A stretch of DNA of 64,000 nucleotides. Source: Takakia lepidozioides (Eukaryota > Plantae > Bryophyta). Positions within the stretch are counted from its first letter, which is position 1, and each line of letters begins with the position of its first letter. The stretch spans positions 6,138,001 through 6,202,000 of the forward strand of contig CM060732.1 in the NCBI GenBank assembly GCA_030704615.1. Reading direction: 5' to 3'. The translations under genes and the position numbers were made by a program. Under the pieces are notes generated by a model. The model searched no databases, was not told the origin of the DNA, and saw only the letters and a program-made list of their open reading frames with translations. Shown piece after piece: positions 1-13,100 of the stretch.

Positions 1-559
1 TCTTGTATTTCTTTTTAACGTCAAGCCACAACTCTCTAGCATAAGGATTGGGATTAATTTTTGTTCTTAAAGGAAATCTGAAGACTGTCATGATGTCGTC
101 GATCACAAACCTCATGTCCTTCATATGCGCCATATAACTCACTAGCTCTGGATTGAAGGGTCTTTCCCTTTGTATGGACATTTGACAGTCAGCTGACAAC
201 TGAGGATCTTCTCGGCCAGCTTGAGAAGCTGCCGCTCGGAGAGCCCCTGAATATTCCTCAGCTGACTCCGGTTAAGTGGTATCTATTCACCTTTGCAAAG
301 TTTACCATGTTGGTCAATTAGGTGACCAGCCTCCCATTTTTTGAAAACCGTTTGCCACTTGTATCAAACGTTTTCAGCGACCAAAAGTACTTGAAATTCC
401 AAATCTCCCACATGAAGGGCCAATCATTGCTCCAGGAAAGCCCGCTTTGCTGTTTTTCCCTAATTTCCAGCGAGCCAAAGTACTTGGAATTCGACATCTC
501 CCACACTACAGGTCCAAAAATTATGAGACCAAGTCGGTGCACCCCTCCTCATCGAGGGC

Positions 560-1480
560 TTTCCAACGGCACCAAGTCCTGTGTAGCACCCCTGAGAGTC
601 TGCTCCTCCTTAAGTCTGTACACATCTAACTACTGTTGTAAAGCCTCCATGCGCTTCGCATGAGGTTCAACCAAGGCTGCATAGGCAGCAGCCAGATTAT
701 TGGCTTCCTTCCAAGCCTTGTTAGCCACAAAGAGTTCATTCTTGTGGCCCGTGAGTGATTGCTGCAACTACAGGATGAACCTTTCCTTCTCAACCTCAAC
801 CTGACCGTACTGTTGGAAAGTATCCTCATTGCGACGGAGAGTAGCCTTCAAATCAGCAATAAGTTTCCCCTGCTCTACTGTCTCAGCCTCTGCCAACATA
901 CATCTCTCTGCTTGTCTGTTAAAATCTAATGCAGTTTGCTCCAGAGCAGTTGTTAGTGTGGCACATTGTATGGTCATTCTCTGATGAACTGTCTCCAACT
1001 CTGTATGAAGCACCTTCACTTCCTGCAATTTGCCCTCATGCTTCACCTGCAAATTGGTATAGCTGCTGCTTATGCGCTTCATGCAACTTCCCCTGCTCCA
1101 GACCCGCTTCAATCAGATTCCCCTTTGCTAGCTGCAGGGCAGCCTTGATGTCCTCCAATTCTTTCTGCAACTTGAGGTTGGCCTCCACATCCACCTTGTT
1201 TGCACACTCAGTGGCAATTCTAGCCTCAAACTCCTGCTTGAGTTCCTCTCTCAAAGCTGCCAATTGTGTAGATGGAACATGAGACTTCACATATGTGCCC
1301 AACAAATTGAGTGTTCTGCTTATAGAACTCATAAGCATGGCCTGCTGTGGGTCTTCATGGGAACCCTGTTGGTAATCACCCTGATTCTCCACAGTGTGAT
1401 GTTTCACCAACCATTCAAGCCATTTTCCCACAAGATCTTTGTCTTGAACGACCTCATTCTCCACAGGTGTTGTAGTTCCC
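560..1480 (-). pseudogene. Fragment of retrotransposon extra (coiled-coil) ORF, paralog of 2677-3492
   Basis: ORFs 1036..1503(-) and 768..1112(-) (LQKELEDIKAALQLAKG...LHEAHKQQ; LQVKHEGKLQEVKVLHTELE) align by eye with 2764..3492(+); frameshifted. Boundaries approximate. Confidence 0.7.
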
Positions 1481-1608
1481 CTACTCCGGAGTACAAAAAG
1501 CAAGTGGGGCTGTTACAACCCTTGCTGATTCCAGAGGGGTCTTGGGAAAGTGTCTCGATGGATTTCATGGCTGCTATGCCGCTGTCAAAAGGTTTCAATG
1601 CAATCATG
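1481..1608 (+). pseudogene. Ty3/Gypsy (chromovirus) integrase, 5' part, interrupted by the CACTA element
   Basis: GLLQPLLIPEGSWESVSMDF...GFNAIM; the frame resumes at 19189 with (M)VVVDRFSK. Confidence 0.9.
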
Positions 1609-1629
1609 CACTACTACGTTTAGGGGGGG

Positions 1630-2040
1630 TTAGCGACGCTAGGACCCGAGCGCGCCAGACGCGACGACCCTCCTGCAACTGCTGCGCCGTGTAGGCACCC
1701 GGCCCGAAAATTGCGACGTCGGCGCGTCACCGCCGCGCCGCTCCGGTGACGCTTCGCCAGCTTGCGATTCCGCTACGTCGCTGCAGTTGGGGCATGACCC
1801 GCCAGCAAGCTGGGGGTTGCGACGCCCGGACGTCGCACGTACCCTCTGCGACGCTCCCGCAAGGCTGCGACTCCCGGGAATTGCAACAACACCCCCTCAC
1901 ACTTAGGCGCGTGGGGAGGGCCGAGCCAACTCGTGCTGGGGTTTGCGACGTCCCGACGTCGCAGAAATGCCACAATGGTGACGTTGCGATTCCCCGCAGT
2001 TGCAGGCCTGCTGGGGTGTCGCAAGTGCCCTCTTGCCTGG
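1630..2040. repeat. CACTA left subterminal repeats (GCGAC/GTCGC motifs)
   Basis: Dense direct and inverted (TT)GCGAC(G) motifs just inside the TIR; more at about 2455-2545. Confidence 0.8.
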
Positions 2041-2676
2041 GGGTCTAGGATTGGGGATTGCTGCTACGTAATAAAAAAAAATTGGCTGTGTTTTGTTCTG
2101 TGAATTCGACCCTTGCACCACTACATCCGTGCAAACTATTGGACCATATGCTTAATGACAGTGTTTGCAATGCGTGTGCAAATTTTGGGAGTGAACAAAA
2201 ATCATTTGGACTGAAAACCATATTTTCTTCCCTCATTTGCACTCCGAAGTTGAGTTCTTTTCAACTTCATGCACTCTCCATAGAGAATTCCGCAATAGTG
2301 AGTGAAGGAAACTCTTTGTTTTTTTGTTTTTTTTTTTTTGTCCAATTTTTTCCATGGATGTAGTGGTCTGGGGTTTGCATTCACAGAACAAAATAGAGCT
2401 AAAACAAAAATCATTGCGTAGGAAAAATCCGCAATCATAGATATTGTAAATGCAGGGGGTTGCGACCTCCAGGGGTCGCCTTGCGACGGTATTGCGACGG
2501 CATTGCGATGCCCCAACAAATCTGCGACGGTGGGGAATCGCAATATTGCCTTTTCTGTGTCTTTGCATAGGTCATGGCAGAGGCCAAGCTGAATGGATCC
2601 ATTGTTGCAAATCTTTTTAATCCTCCTTCTGTGCTACAATATAATAGGTCTATCTTGCATGTGGGAGACCGTGATC

Positions 2677-3492
2677 AAGTTACAGCAAGAGTTGGAGGAC
2701 ACAAAGGCTGCCTTGCAGTTGGCCAAGGGACATTTGATTGAAGTAGGCCTCTAGCAGGACCAGTTGCATGAAGCACATAAGCAACAGTTTTACCAATTGC
2801 AGGTGAAGCATGAGGGCAAGTTGCAAGAAGTGAATGTACTACATACAGAGTTGGAGGCAGTACATGAGAAGATGACCATACAATGTGCTACACTCACAAC
2901 TATTCTTGAGCAAACTGCATTAGAAGTTAACAGACAAGGGGAGAGATGTATGAAGGCAGAAGCTGAGATAATAGAGCAAGCGAAACTCATTGATGATATG
3001 AAGAATACAATCAGTCGCAATGAGAATACTTTCAAACAATACAGACAGGTTGAGGCTGACCAGGAGAGATACATCCTGGAGTTGCAACAAACAATCATGG
3101 TCAATAGAAATGAACTCTCTGTGGTTAACAAGGCTTGGAAGGAAGCCAATAATCTGGCTACTGCCTATGCGGGTCTGGTTGAACCTCATGCGAAGTGCAT
3201 GGAGGCTTTACAGCAGCAGTTAGATGTATACAGACTCACGGAGAAGCAGACTCTCAGGGGTGCCACACACGACTTGGTGGATAACCACCTTATGCAGGTC
3301 TGGTTAGCACAAGGGCCGGTAGAAGGCGAAGCACCACGGAAACTCACCCAGGGCGAGATGAATGAGCTCAGATTGCAGATGCAGAACATTGCCACAATTA
3401 CTATAGACAATGTCTATAGTAGAATAGCGGAGCTACAGGAGGACGTGGAAGGCCTGCAGACTCAAGTGGATGACCTGAGTTCAAATATTTGA
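2677..3492 (+). pseudogene. Coiled-coil extra ORF in the 3' internal region of an LTR retrotransposon
   Basis: 242-aa Q/E/L-rich heptad-like ORF 2764..3492; homology to the paralog extends upstream to about 2677; lies upstream of PPT and LTR. Confidence 0.65.
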
Positions 3493-3634
3493 CAAGAGAG
3501 TCTTTGTTCCTGAGGAGCAGCTGATGGCTACTTATTTACATGTCAGGACTCTAATTTTTCAATCTTCTTCGCAGGAGGTGCATGAGATGTCAGTGGTAGA
3601 AGAGCCAGTGGTACCAATACCATAGCAGGCGGCT

Positions 3635-4747
3635 ATGCAGATAGCTGACCCTGTTGTTACTACAGCCACACCACAGCCTGAGGTATGGGGGGATGCTGCT
3701 TTTAACCCACCTAGGACTCCTGCTGCACGGGAGTACAGTCGAGCTATGATTATGCCCTTCAACCAAATTCCCATTGTGCTGGATTTGGCTTGGAAGGAAT
3801 TTAGTCCTCCGCAGTCGTTGGCACATTACTACCAGATCATGCGCATTTGGTTGTCAGTGGCAACTCGGACTAAGGTTCTTCCGAACAATCGACCCATTGA
3901 GGATCATCACTTTGCGAGGTACTGGTCTGAAGCAGGTACCATGCTAAAGGAATTAATTGCCTTCCAGGTTGTACATGGGTACATTTATACCAAGACCAAG
4001 GAGGTATCTAGTATTGTCATAGGCTGTGGATTATACTATGCTGCTTGTTTTCTGGCACGTTATCACATTGAGCAGCAGAGGATGCAATCCCGATTTCTGA
4101 GTTATTCCAGTGGGGATCATTGGGTCTTACCTTCAATGCCACCTCATATGTACCTATATGATGCAAGAGTTATGATGCAGAAGGATTCCCAACTTCGTTC
4201 ATGGTTTCATTCGGCTTGGAACAATTTGACAACACAGAAATTCGGCCCTGAGGATATTTTCTTTAAGGGACATGAAGCCTGGAAATACTTACACTGTTCC
4301 AAAGTCATTGGCACACCTCTTACCTATACGGATAAGAAATTCAGGATGTTCACTAATTTTGCTTGCAAGCGCTTACAGCAAGTTGTACAGTTTAAACTTC
4401 CAGACATGGTGGGACTACATTGTATGCCACACAGGATTCCACTTAAAGTTCCGCCGTTAAAACACCTAAGGGGAGACGAGGATTCTGATACTACTGTTTC
4501 TTCAAAAGACTTTTTTGACATGGCAGAGGACTATGCACTTCAGATGGTAGAGAAGAAACGATGGGGATTTCCTATGCCTGAGAGATTACCTCGTTATCAG
4601 CCAAAGGAGGGTCAGACATTTCCAGGTAGTGCTCAATCATCTCCATCCGCCAGTGACAGGACTTGGGCTCGCACACGGAGTCCTTCACGCGACTCTCACC
4701 GACAGAAGGGTGCTCGCTCACAAAGGTTTGCTGATCCCAAACAGTAA
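3635..4747 (+). CDS. 370-aa extra ORF of unknown function immediately before the PPT/3' LTR
   Basis: Open frame ending about 20 bp before the polypurine tract; no RT/RH/INT motifs seen. Confidence 0.6.
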   Translation: MQIADPVVTTATPQPEVWGDAAFNPPRTPAAREYSRAMIMPFNQIPIVLDLAWKEFSPPQSLAHYYQIMRIWLSVATRTKVLPNNRPIEDHHFARYWSEAGTMLKELIAFQVVHGYIYTKTKEVSSIVIGCGLYYAACFLARYHIEQQRMQSRFLSYSSGDHWVLPSMPPHMYLYDARVMMQKDSQLRSWFHSAWNNLTTQKFGPEDIFFKGHEAWKYLHCSKVIGTPLTYTDKKFRMFTNFACKRLQQVVQFKLPDMVGLHCMPHRIPLKVPPLKHLRGDEDSDTTVSSKDFFDMAEDYALQMVEKKRWGFPMPERLPRYQPKEGQTFPGSAQSSPSASDRTWARTRSPSRDSHRQKGARSQRFADPKQ

Positions 4748-4768
4748 ACCGTGAGGACACGGCTTTTT

Positions 4769-4785
4769 GAGAGAGGGAGGGGTAA
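4769..4785 (+). promoter_or_regulatory. Polypurine tract of LTR retrotransposon
   Basis: GAGAGAGGGAGGGGTAA directly before TGTTAG, preceded by the CCGTGAGGACACGG hairpin typical of plant Gypsy elements. Confidence 0.85.
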
Positions 4786-6032
4786 TGTTAGAGGGCTGCT
4801 TGAGACTTAGACGCTTTTATGGGTTCTGCGGGGTACCCTTAATTTTTGCGTAGACTGAGATCAAAAGGAGCCTTAGGGGTGGCAGCAGCAGGCTTTAAGG
4901 GGGTTACACACCCCGACACAGCTCCACACAGTCAGTCACAGCCAGTCACAGCCAGCCATAGCTTCGCACAGCCAGACACAGCTTTACACAGCCCGCCACA
5001 GCTTCACACAGCTAGTCACAGCCCGACACAGCCCGCCATAGCCCGCCACAGCTTCACACAGTCCGACACAGCTTCGCATAACTTCGCCACAGTTTTACAC
5101 AGCCCGACACAGCCAGTCATAGCCCGACACAGCCCGACACAGCTTCGCACAGCCAGTCACAGTCCGACACAGCTTTACACAGCCCACCACAGCTTCACAT
5201 AGCTAGTCACAGCCCGACACAACCCGCCACAGCTTCACACAACCAGTCACAGCCCGACACAACTTCGCACAACTTCGCACAGCTTCGCCACAATTTTACA
5301 CAGCCCGACACAGCCAGTCACAGCCCGACACAGCCCCCCACATCTTTGCACAGCCAGTCACAACCCGACACAGCTTTACATAGCCAGTCACAGCTCGGCA
5401 CAGCTTGACAGAGCCTGTCACAGTACATGGGGAACAATTATCATTGACAGGGAATGACTGTGAGGGAACGACATCTGCAGAGGGAACGTGTTACTTCAGG
5501 GATGACGGTTAGTTAGTTAGGTGGTTAGAACAGCTTGCGGGTAGATTAGGAGAGCGGCAACAGGAAGGGGATAACTTAACGGGGAGCGCTTCTTGGACAT
5601 GCATGAGAGGAGATCAGGCGGAGAGCAAGAACAAGAGAAGGAGGAAAGATGAACAGTAGATGCTTGTTACATGCAAAGCGGCAGATTAGAGTCACCATGG
5701 CATTGGCCTAATACTTGATAAATCATAATCTGATACTTATTCGATACAATCACACTGTGTAGAGAGACATGAGAGAAGCTGTGGAATGAATGCATGATTA
5801 ACTGGAACTTAGTAGATACTGAAGCAATCTGATGCTTCAGTATACATGGTAAGGTAAATTGATAACATGAAGGCAAGAAGGAATACAAATAGGAAGCACA
5901 ACCGTGATTCACTAGCTGCAGGTCATGACTGATTGTTCTAAGCGGGCTGAGTGCTTAGAGATATCCAACTCTTCTATCTTGGAGTTTCCACCTCGGATAG
6001 CGAAGGGATGGGTGAGTAAAAGCCGTTCAACA
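4786..6032 (+). mobile_element. 3' LTR of a Tat/Ogre-like Gypsy element
   Basis: TGTTAG...TTCAACA; highly similar to reverse complement of 15052-15994; followed by GAGAG. Confidence 0.9.
4907..5425 (+). repeat. About 10-bp tandem repeat (CACAGCCCGA/CACAGCTTCG) within LTR
   Basis: Directly visible 10-bp periodicity; shorter version at about 15680-15872 on the minus strand. Confidence 0.9.
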
Positions 6033-9000
6033 GAGAGCAGCAGCAGCAAGTACTTGCTACTGCAGCTCTAAGCGCCCCCCACCATTGCCAAAACCAAAAA
6101 ATGAAAGGTCAGGGGGGCTAAGACCAGCAGTAGCAAGCTGCTTTCAGCACCCCCCACCATTTCACAAACAAAAAACGAAAAGGTGGGGGTGGGGAAGTGA
6201 CAGAGCATCCCATGAAGATGTGGAGAGAGAGAGACTGTTTAGGGGAAAAAATAAAAAATAAAAATGGGGGGGGGGGGGGGGGACAGATGCTGCTCAATCA
6301 CTCCCCCACCGCCCCACCTTTTGTTTTTCTTTTTTTCCCCTCAACAGTCCATCTCTCCTTCTGTCCCTCTCTCTCCCTCTTTTCCCACATCTCTCCCTCT
6401 GTCCCATCAAGATGTTGAGAGAGAGGGAGAGAGGGAGTGATGACGGAAAAAACAAAAAACAAACAGGCGGAGGGGGGGGAATGACTGAGCAGCAGCCTGC
6501 TGCTGCTCAGTCCCCCCCCCCCCATTTTTTTATTTTATTTTTTCCTTTCTCTCATCTCTCCCTCTCTACTGGGAATCGGCAGTTTGCTATCAGTGTTGAC
6601 TTCTTGTTTTCTCATCCTCTATCAGGCTTTTTCATCCATACCGGATGAGCCACCAGGATGGACACTGAATTACCTCTAGGATGGTTCTTTTGGCCTTTTC
6701 ATTCCTCCTTTATTGACTCTCATCCATACCGGATGAGTCACCATGGAAGAAAAGAATTACCTCTATGAAGGTTGCCAACAACATCCTGTTTTTCCATCCG
6801 TACCGGATGAAAAACTACCAGGGTGATAATTTTTCATTCCTCTTTGATTGACTCTTTTTATCCATACCGGATGGTCTGGTGAGGAATGATAGAAGTACCT
6901 AGATGGAGGTAAGGCGTTGCCACGGATGATATTCTCTACTTTTTCATCCTGACACAAGTGATCTGTCTATGGATGTGTGATTATGGCCTGGAATTGATCT
7001 TTACTACCCCTAATTATAATTAATTAAGGTGGAAACCCTAACCCCTACCCCAAAACCCATTTTTAACTTTGCTGCGGATGAAATTCGTCAGGGTATACTG
7101 ATGCGTCCTACTGTTTTTCATCCACGGATGAATAATCGGGGGACAACCCTATGTCGTCTCTCTCGTTGTCAGAAGCACGCGACATGCTTCTGAGCTCGCG
7201 AGGAGAGTGTTATGGCAGACGTGCTTTGGTGGCTGCCCCGTTTGTGGTGTCGTATCCATGCTGGACGAGCGCCTGAGGGGGCGCGAAGGCGGCGTCTTGT
7301 CTCTCTTGCAGCGGGAAACACCGCTATGAATGCAGTGGCATCTTCCCTCCTCTGGCTTTTTTTGTGCTTAGTAAGGGTGCTTATGATGGGAAGTTCTCTC
7401 CCTCCTTTCTAGTGCCTTGCGATTGTGCCTGCTTTGCTTCATTGCTTATGTGCTTTGTGGAGGCGGCTTACTGCGGGTGGCGATGGCGCATAACCCTCTT
7501 CCCCAATCGCTTAAGGTGCCTTTGGAGCTTAGGGATTCTCGTGTTCTTATCTCTTTCTCTTGCTTTTGAGTTTCTTAGTTAACATCGATGACAAGTGTGA
7601 GTCTGTGATTCACCTGGGGTTCCACAATCCTGACTAACCTGTTGGTTTTTGTGGGGGCTTGTGATGGGACCAGGTGAGGATCCTCACCTACTTTGAAGCT
7701 TCTTGAGCATGCAGATTGGGATATGGGCTGAGAAGACTCCTGGGTTTTTGCGCTGTGAGGTGGCTGCTGCCTTCAGCCCCGATTTCAACCCAACTGCTCC
7801 TGGTTGGCATGCTACAGCCTGGTTTTTGGCCTTTGTCGTTCTGCCGTCGATGCGCAGCTCGGCCTGACTGGCCTGTCTCCTGAGGCTTGCATACAAACCA
7901 TACCCTACCTCTTGATCTTTGACAACAGGGCCTGTGGATTATTGAGCTAGGTTATAAGTTCTTTTGGCCAAAGAGGATCTGGTTTTAGGTGGTATGTTTT
8001 TGGCGGTTTTGGGTCTCTATGGACATGGTGGCCTTGAAGGGTATGGCGACAGCCTGATAAGGCACCAACCTGCTCCTTTTCGGGCCTGTTTCTGTTGAGT
8101 ACTGGATCACAATGAGGTGTTCTTTGTATGCTTTAGCATGGAACTCTTGAAGGATGAGGATGGTAAGCTGCAATGGGATCCTACCTATAGTTTTGGCTTT
8201 GTCATGACATCAGGCCTATGACCTGCAATCTGGTTTTTTATATGCAAAAGAGGCTGGATCTTAGCTGTTCAAGCTGCTTGTATGTACAAGTCTTGAACCT
8301 GCAATTTGACAGGCTGAGTTCACATTCCCTTGACACCTTGTATGATCACATGTCTCGGGGTGAATACAAATGATATGGAATTTATTTCATCATGCCCGAG
8401 TAGGACTGCTTGGTGGCATATTGTGATTCTGACAAATTGCAGGCTGGTCCTTATGCCTTGGCTGATGCATGACCTGCCATAATTAATGGCTGAAAAGGTA
8501 AGATGCTGCAACCTGTGGGTCATATCCAAGATGTATGTGTGAAAACATGTCTTGAAATGGTAATAGGGCAGGCTGGACCATGGTACCTTGCCCTTTGCAT
8601 GACCTCAGCATTTTTATGCTCCTTCAATACATGACCTGCTGGTAAGGTATGTGTGCAGGCTGAACCGAGAGGCCTTGCAACCTGCACAGGGGCAACAATA
8701 TCTTATCTTGTCCCACACATGAACACATGATTCATTGGCCAAGATGGCCGGATCTCGGGTGTTCAAGATGCTTGCATCCCCTACATGAACAAACCCCGCC
8801 CTCCACCCTGTTTTATCATGACTGATTGGGTGATGTCAATTCATGGGAAACTTCGACAAGAATGGAAATGTTAGATGGTGCCCTGTTTTGGGTTGTTTAT
8901 GTCTTTAATTGACAATGACCCTAGTGGGTCTTGTCCATGTCTTGACATGACATGAATATCTTCCCTCTCTTTTCCCTCATCTCTCCCTCTGTCCCATGAA

Positions 9001-10134
9001 GATGTGGAGAGAGAGGGAGAGAGGGAGAAAGAGGGAGGGAGGAGGGAAAAAAAAACTAAAAAAGGGTGGGGGGGGAGTGACTGAGCAGCACCAGCATCTG
9101 AGCAGCAGCTGCTCAGTCACTCCCCCCCCCCATTTTTTATTTTTTTTTTTCCTCATTTCTCCGTCTCTCTCCTCCATCGGTCCCTGTTCCTCTGCTGCTC
9201 ACAAAAGAAAAAAACCAGAGAGGGGTTGAGCTGCTGCTGCTCAGTCCCCCCCCCTACTTCTTTTTTTATTTTCTTGGCCCCCTCTATCCCTCTCCCTCCC
9301 TCTCTCCCGTCTGTCCCTGTCCCTCTCTCTCCCTCGTTCTCCCTCTCTCTCATTCTCCTTTGTGCAGGTCCCCCCCAAAAAAATGAAATCTCTCCCTCTC
9401 TTTCTCTCTCTCCCTCTCTCTCCATGAAATTGAAACTGAAGAACACTTCTTCTATTGTCCTATATACTATGAGATCTGTGGGGATTCCACTGTCTACTCC
9501 GTGGAACCCAAAATCTCACTGAAATCTCTCACTATGAATATCAGAAATGCATGGCTGCTTACCTGCAGTTGGGCGCCTCATGCAGCAGCTCCTTCACGCT
9601 GGCGCTCCGCAACCAGGTCGCGTGGGCACACTCCCTCGCTCAAACAACAGAGATTATTTGAAAAAAAACCAAAAAAAAAAAAAAACGAGGGAGAGAGATA
9701 AGGACGAGAGGGAGAGTGAGAGCTAAGAGGGAGAATGAGAGAGAGAGAGAAGGAGAGGGAGGGCAGCTCCCTCACGCGGCAGCTCCTTCATGCTTCGCTG
9801 GCGCTCCACCAGCAGGTCACGGGGGCGCGCTCCCAGCTCGCTCAAACAACAAAAAAAACAAAACGACATAGAAGAGGGAGAGAGAGAGAGTGAGGGAGAG
9901 GATTAGGGCAAGAGGGAGAGTGAGAGAGAGGGCCGCGCGCGGGTTTGAACGCCGTGGCGCGTCAGTGTTGCGTCACCGCTGCCAGAAAACGCTCCGGCGC
10001 GCGGGGGTAGTTGCGCCCGGGATGATAATGAACAACGCCATGTATGGAAACTGATAATGACATGGTTGTTTTTGGCATCTTAGGATGCCAGCCACAACCC
10101 CACGACGTTAATTCATGAAGTTCAGGATCTTGTC

Positions 10135-13100
10135 ATGAACCGGGATTTTGTTCCTTCGGAGGGGGGTGCGTATCGAAGGGACCCGACCCCGTCTGAAATG
10201 GCGGTCTCCGATGATGAGGACAACAATGACAATGGAATTATGCATGAGGATGTGGCAGCAATGAAGGACCTCTTAATGCATCAAATGGTAGATGAGGACA
10301 CAGACTCTTTGAATGACATGGAAAAAGAAGCCAAAACTCCCTTATACGAAGGGGCCAAAGTGAGTAGACTTTCAACCATCTTGTTGTTGCTGAATTTGCA
10401 AATCCGGTTTGGCATGAGCAATGTGGGTATGTCCGCCATAATGCGGACTATTGCGGACTACATCCTTGCCCCACATTTGAAGCCGAGAATGCCACGATCA
10501 AGAAAAGAGGCAAGAGCAGCCTTGGATGCTGTGGGGATGGGCTATAAGATTTTTCATGCATGTCCATGTGATAAAACCCTGTATTACGGAGAGGATGCGA
10601 AACTCACCAAGTGTCCAAAGTGCAACAAAGACCGATATCGGGATGATGTTCAAGGGAAGAAAGCCCCGCGCAAGGTATACCCGTGCCACAATACACTTGT
10701 ATATTGCATTCTACCTTTTTGCAACCGCTACAAGACGTAAGGTTTTACTTAGAGATATGAATGACATTGATTATGATATGGGGCCGACATGGGGATGGTG
10801 CCAGAAAATGCACTATTTTCCAATCATCCCGCGACTGCAGGCACACTACCGAAGCCCCTCATTGGCAGAACTGATGAGATGGCACGCCTCGCATCGGAGC
10901 CCCCCGGGAAAGGTGTGCGGGCCACAAGATTCACAAGCATGGAGAGATACTGAAGAGATGTGGCCTTTTCTCTTGGAGGACCCACAACATGTTCGCTTCG
11001 GCTTCTCCTCGGATGGGGTCAACCCATTATCTGTCCAGTCATGTAGTCATTCCACTTGGCCGGTGACCATGGTGAATTACAACATCCCTCCGTATCTTTC
11101 AATAAAAAAAGGCCATATCATGTTGGCTGCCATTATACCGGGTGAGTGTTCCCATTTCATGCTTATTATTACTTTGGATTTTACATTAATCTTCTTCTCT
11201 TTGGCGCAATTCCGATGGAAGATTGATGAGTGACGTAATCATGTAGTAAGATGTGTCATTTATTATGAAGTATAATTAGCATGGTGGAGCATTGAAACAA
11301 TTAATGGTGTGAATGTCTCATAGGGAAAAAACAAGTGAAAGACATAGACACGTACTTGCGACCTCTAGTGATGAACTGAAGGAGCTATGGAGGGGGGTCC
11401 GTGCATTGGATGCTTCACTTGACCCTGTGGCCGGACAATCTTTTCAGATGAGAGACATCTTGCTTTGGACAATGCATGATTATCCAGGTATATTATGTTC
11501 CCCATGAGAAACCCGCGTACCTTTACCTATCAAGGGATATTGATGAGGATTGGGATTGATTGAAGTAGCGGCGACAGTCTTCTGCACCGTAGTGGGGGAT
11601 GCACATGGAAACTTTTTGTCTTTCCTAATGTGACGGAATGTCTACAGGACTTACTGTTTGCTCGGGGTTGAGCACTAAAGGGTACCACGCATGCCTGCAT
11701 TGTGGCGATGAACTTGATGCACAAAGCTCCAGCAATCTTCGCAAGATGGTGTATCCCAACTACCGCAAGTTTCTTCCTATGAGCCATCATTGGAGAAGAA
11801 AAGACAAACACTTGTTTGATGGCAAAGTGGAGTTACGTCCCCCACCTGTGACACCATCCGGGCACTTTTGGGAAGACCGATGGAAGGAGGCCCATCCGGA
11901 GGGGTCCGGTGAAGTGGAGGTGCCCGGCATGAAGCGGCTTTCAATCTTCTACGAGTTGCCATATTGGGCGGTACATATTCCACAAAAACACCATCAATAT
12001 TGCTATGCATGCATGTGATATTGCATATTTTGTATGATTTCCATTGTCACTTTCACGACAAAATAGACGTGTAAGAATTTATGGGTGGGGATATGTGTAG
12101 GACCTGAAGATTCGTCATCTTCTAGATCCCATGCATATTGAGAAGAATGTTTGCTCATCCCTTTTTCATGTTCTTCATGGCACGCCGGCAAAAAAGGGAG
12201 TGGCTGCGAAAGGAGATTCTCTCGGTGTTAGAAAGGAACTTGAGGAGCAGGGTCGCATGCCCCATTTATGGGCCGAAGAAAATGGTGTGGACCCAAAGGG
12301 TGTTGTACGGTGGAAGTATAGGCGTGCACCTTGGCAAAGGGCAAAGGAGGAATACAAGAAAGTGATAGCCACCATAGGAGCTGTCCGAACACCAACTGGT
12401 TATGGGTCATCCCTCCATATGAAGTTCAACAAAGACGGGGTCCATGGTTTGAAGTCTCATGACTACCACAATCTATTGCAAGACATATTGCCCATTGCAG
12501 CACGTGGGACATTGACTCCCGAGGTTCGCGAGACAGTCTATAGATTGGGAGCATTGTTCCGGTGGATTTGCTCCAAAGAGCTGGAGGAAGCGGACTTTCC
12601 ACGCATGAAGAAGGAGGCAGCGGTGGTCATGTGTATGTTGGAGATGCACCTTCTTCCCTCCTTCTTTGACATCCAAGTGCACTTGGTAGTGCACTTAGTG
12701 GAAGAGGCTTCGATTGCCGGCCCCGTTCATTCTTGGTGGATGTACTACCTTGAGCGATACATGAAGACTTTGAAAGCACATGTAAGACAAATGGCACACC
12801 CGGAGGGTAGCATGGCGGAGGGGTATACAATGCAAGAGGCTATGTTCTACTGCATGGAGTACTTGGCAAGGGTGGATAAGGAAGCCCCTCCGATGTGGAA
12901 GGAAGATGAGGATGTACAAACCAAGGACATCGTTTTGCCCAAAAATTCAAAGAGGGTAAAATTACCCATCATGGTGATTAACCAAGCGCATGAGTTCATA
13001 CTGAAGAACACCCCATCCATACATGAGTGGGAGGCAAGATACAATAACCTTGTTCAGCAATGACAAGAGGAGACGGTTGCGTGGAGGCGGAACCTTGCAA

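Noticed and set aside
4846-5202. His/Ser/Pro/Thr-rich ORF (also 15638..15934)
   Set aside because: Translation of the 10-bp LTR tandem repeat.
7033-7058. Interstitial telomere repeat
   Set aside because: Only one AAACCCTA plus degenerate neighbours; too short.
8960-9930. Short ORFs in GA/CT-rich region
   Set aside because: Low-complexity purine/pyrimidine tracts with no protein motifs.
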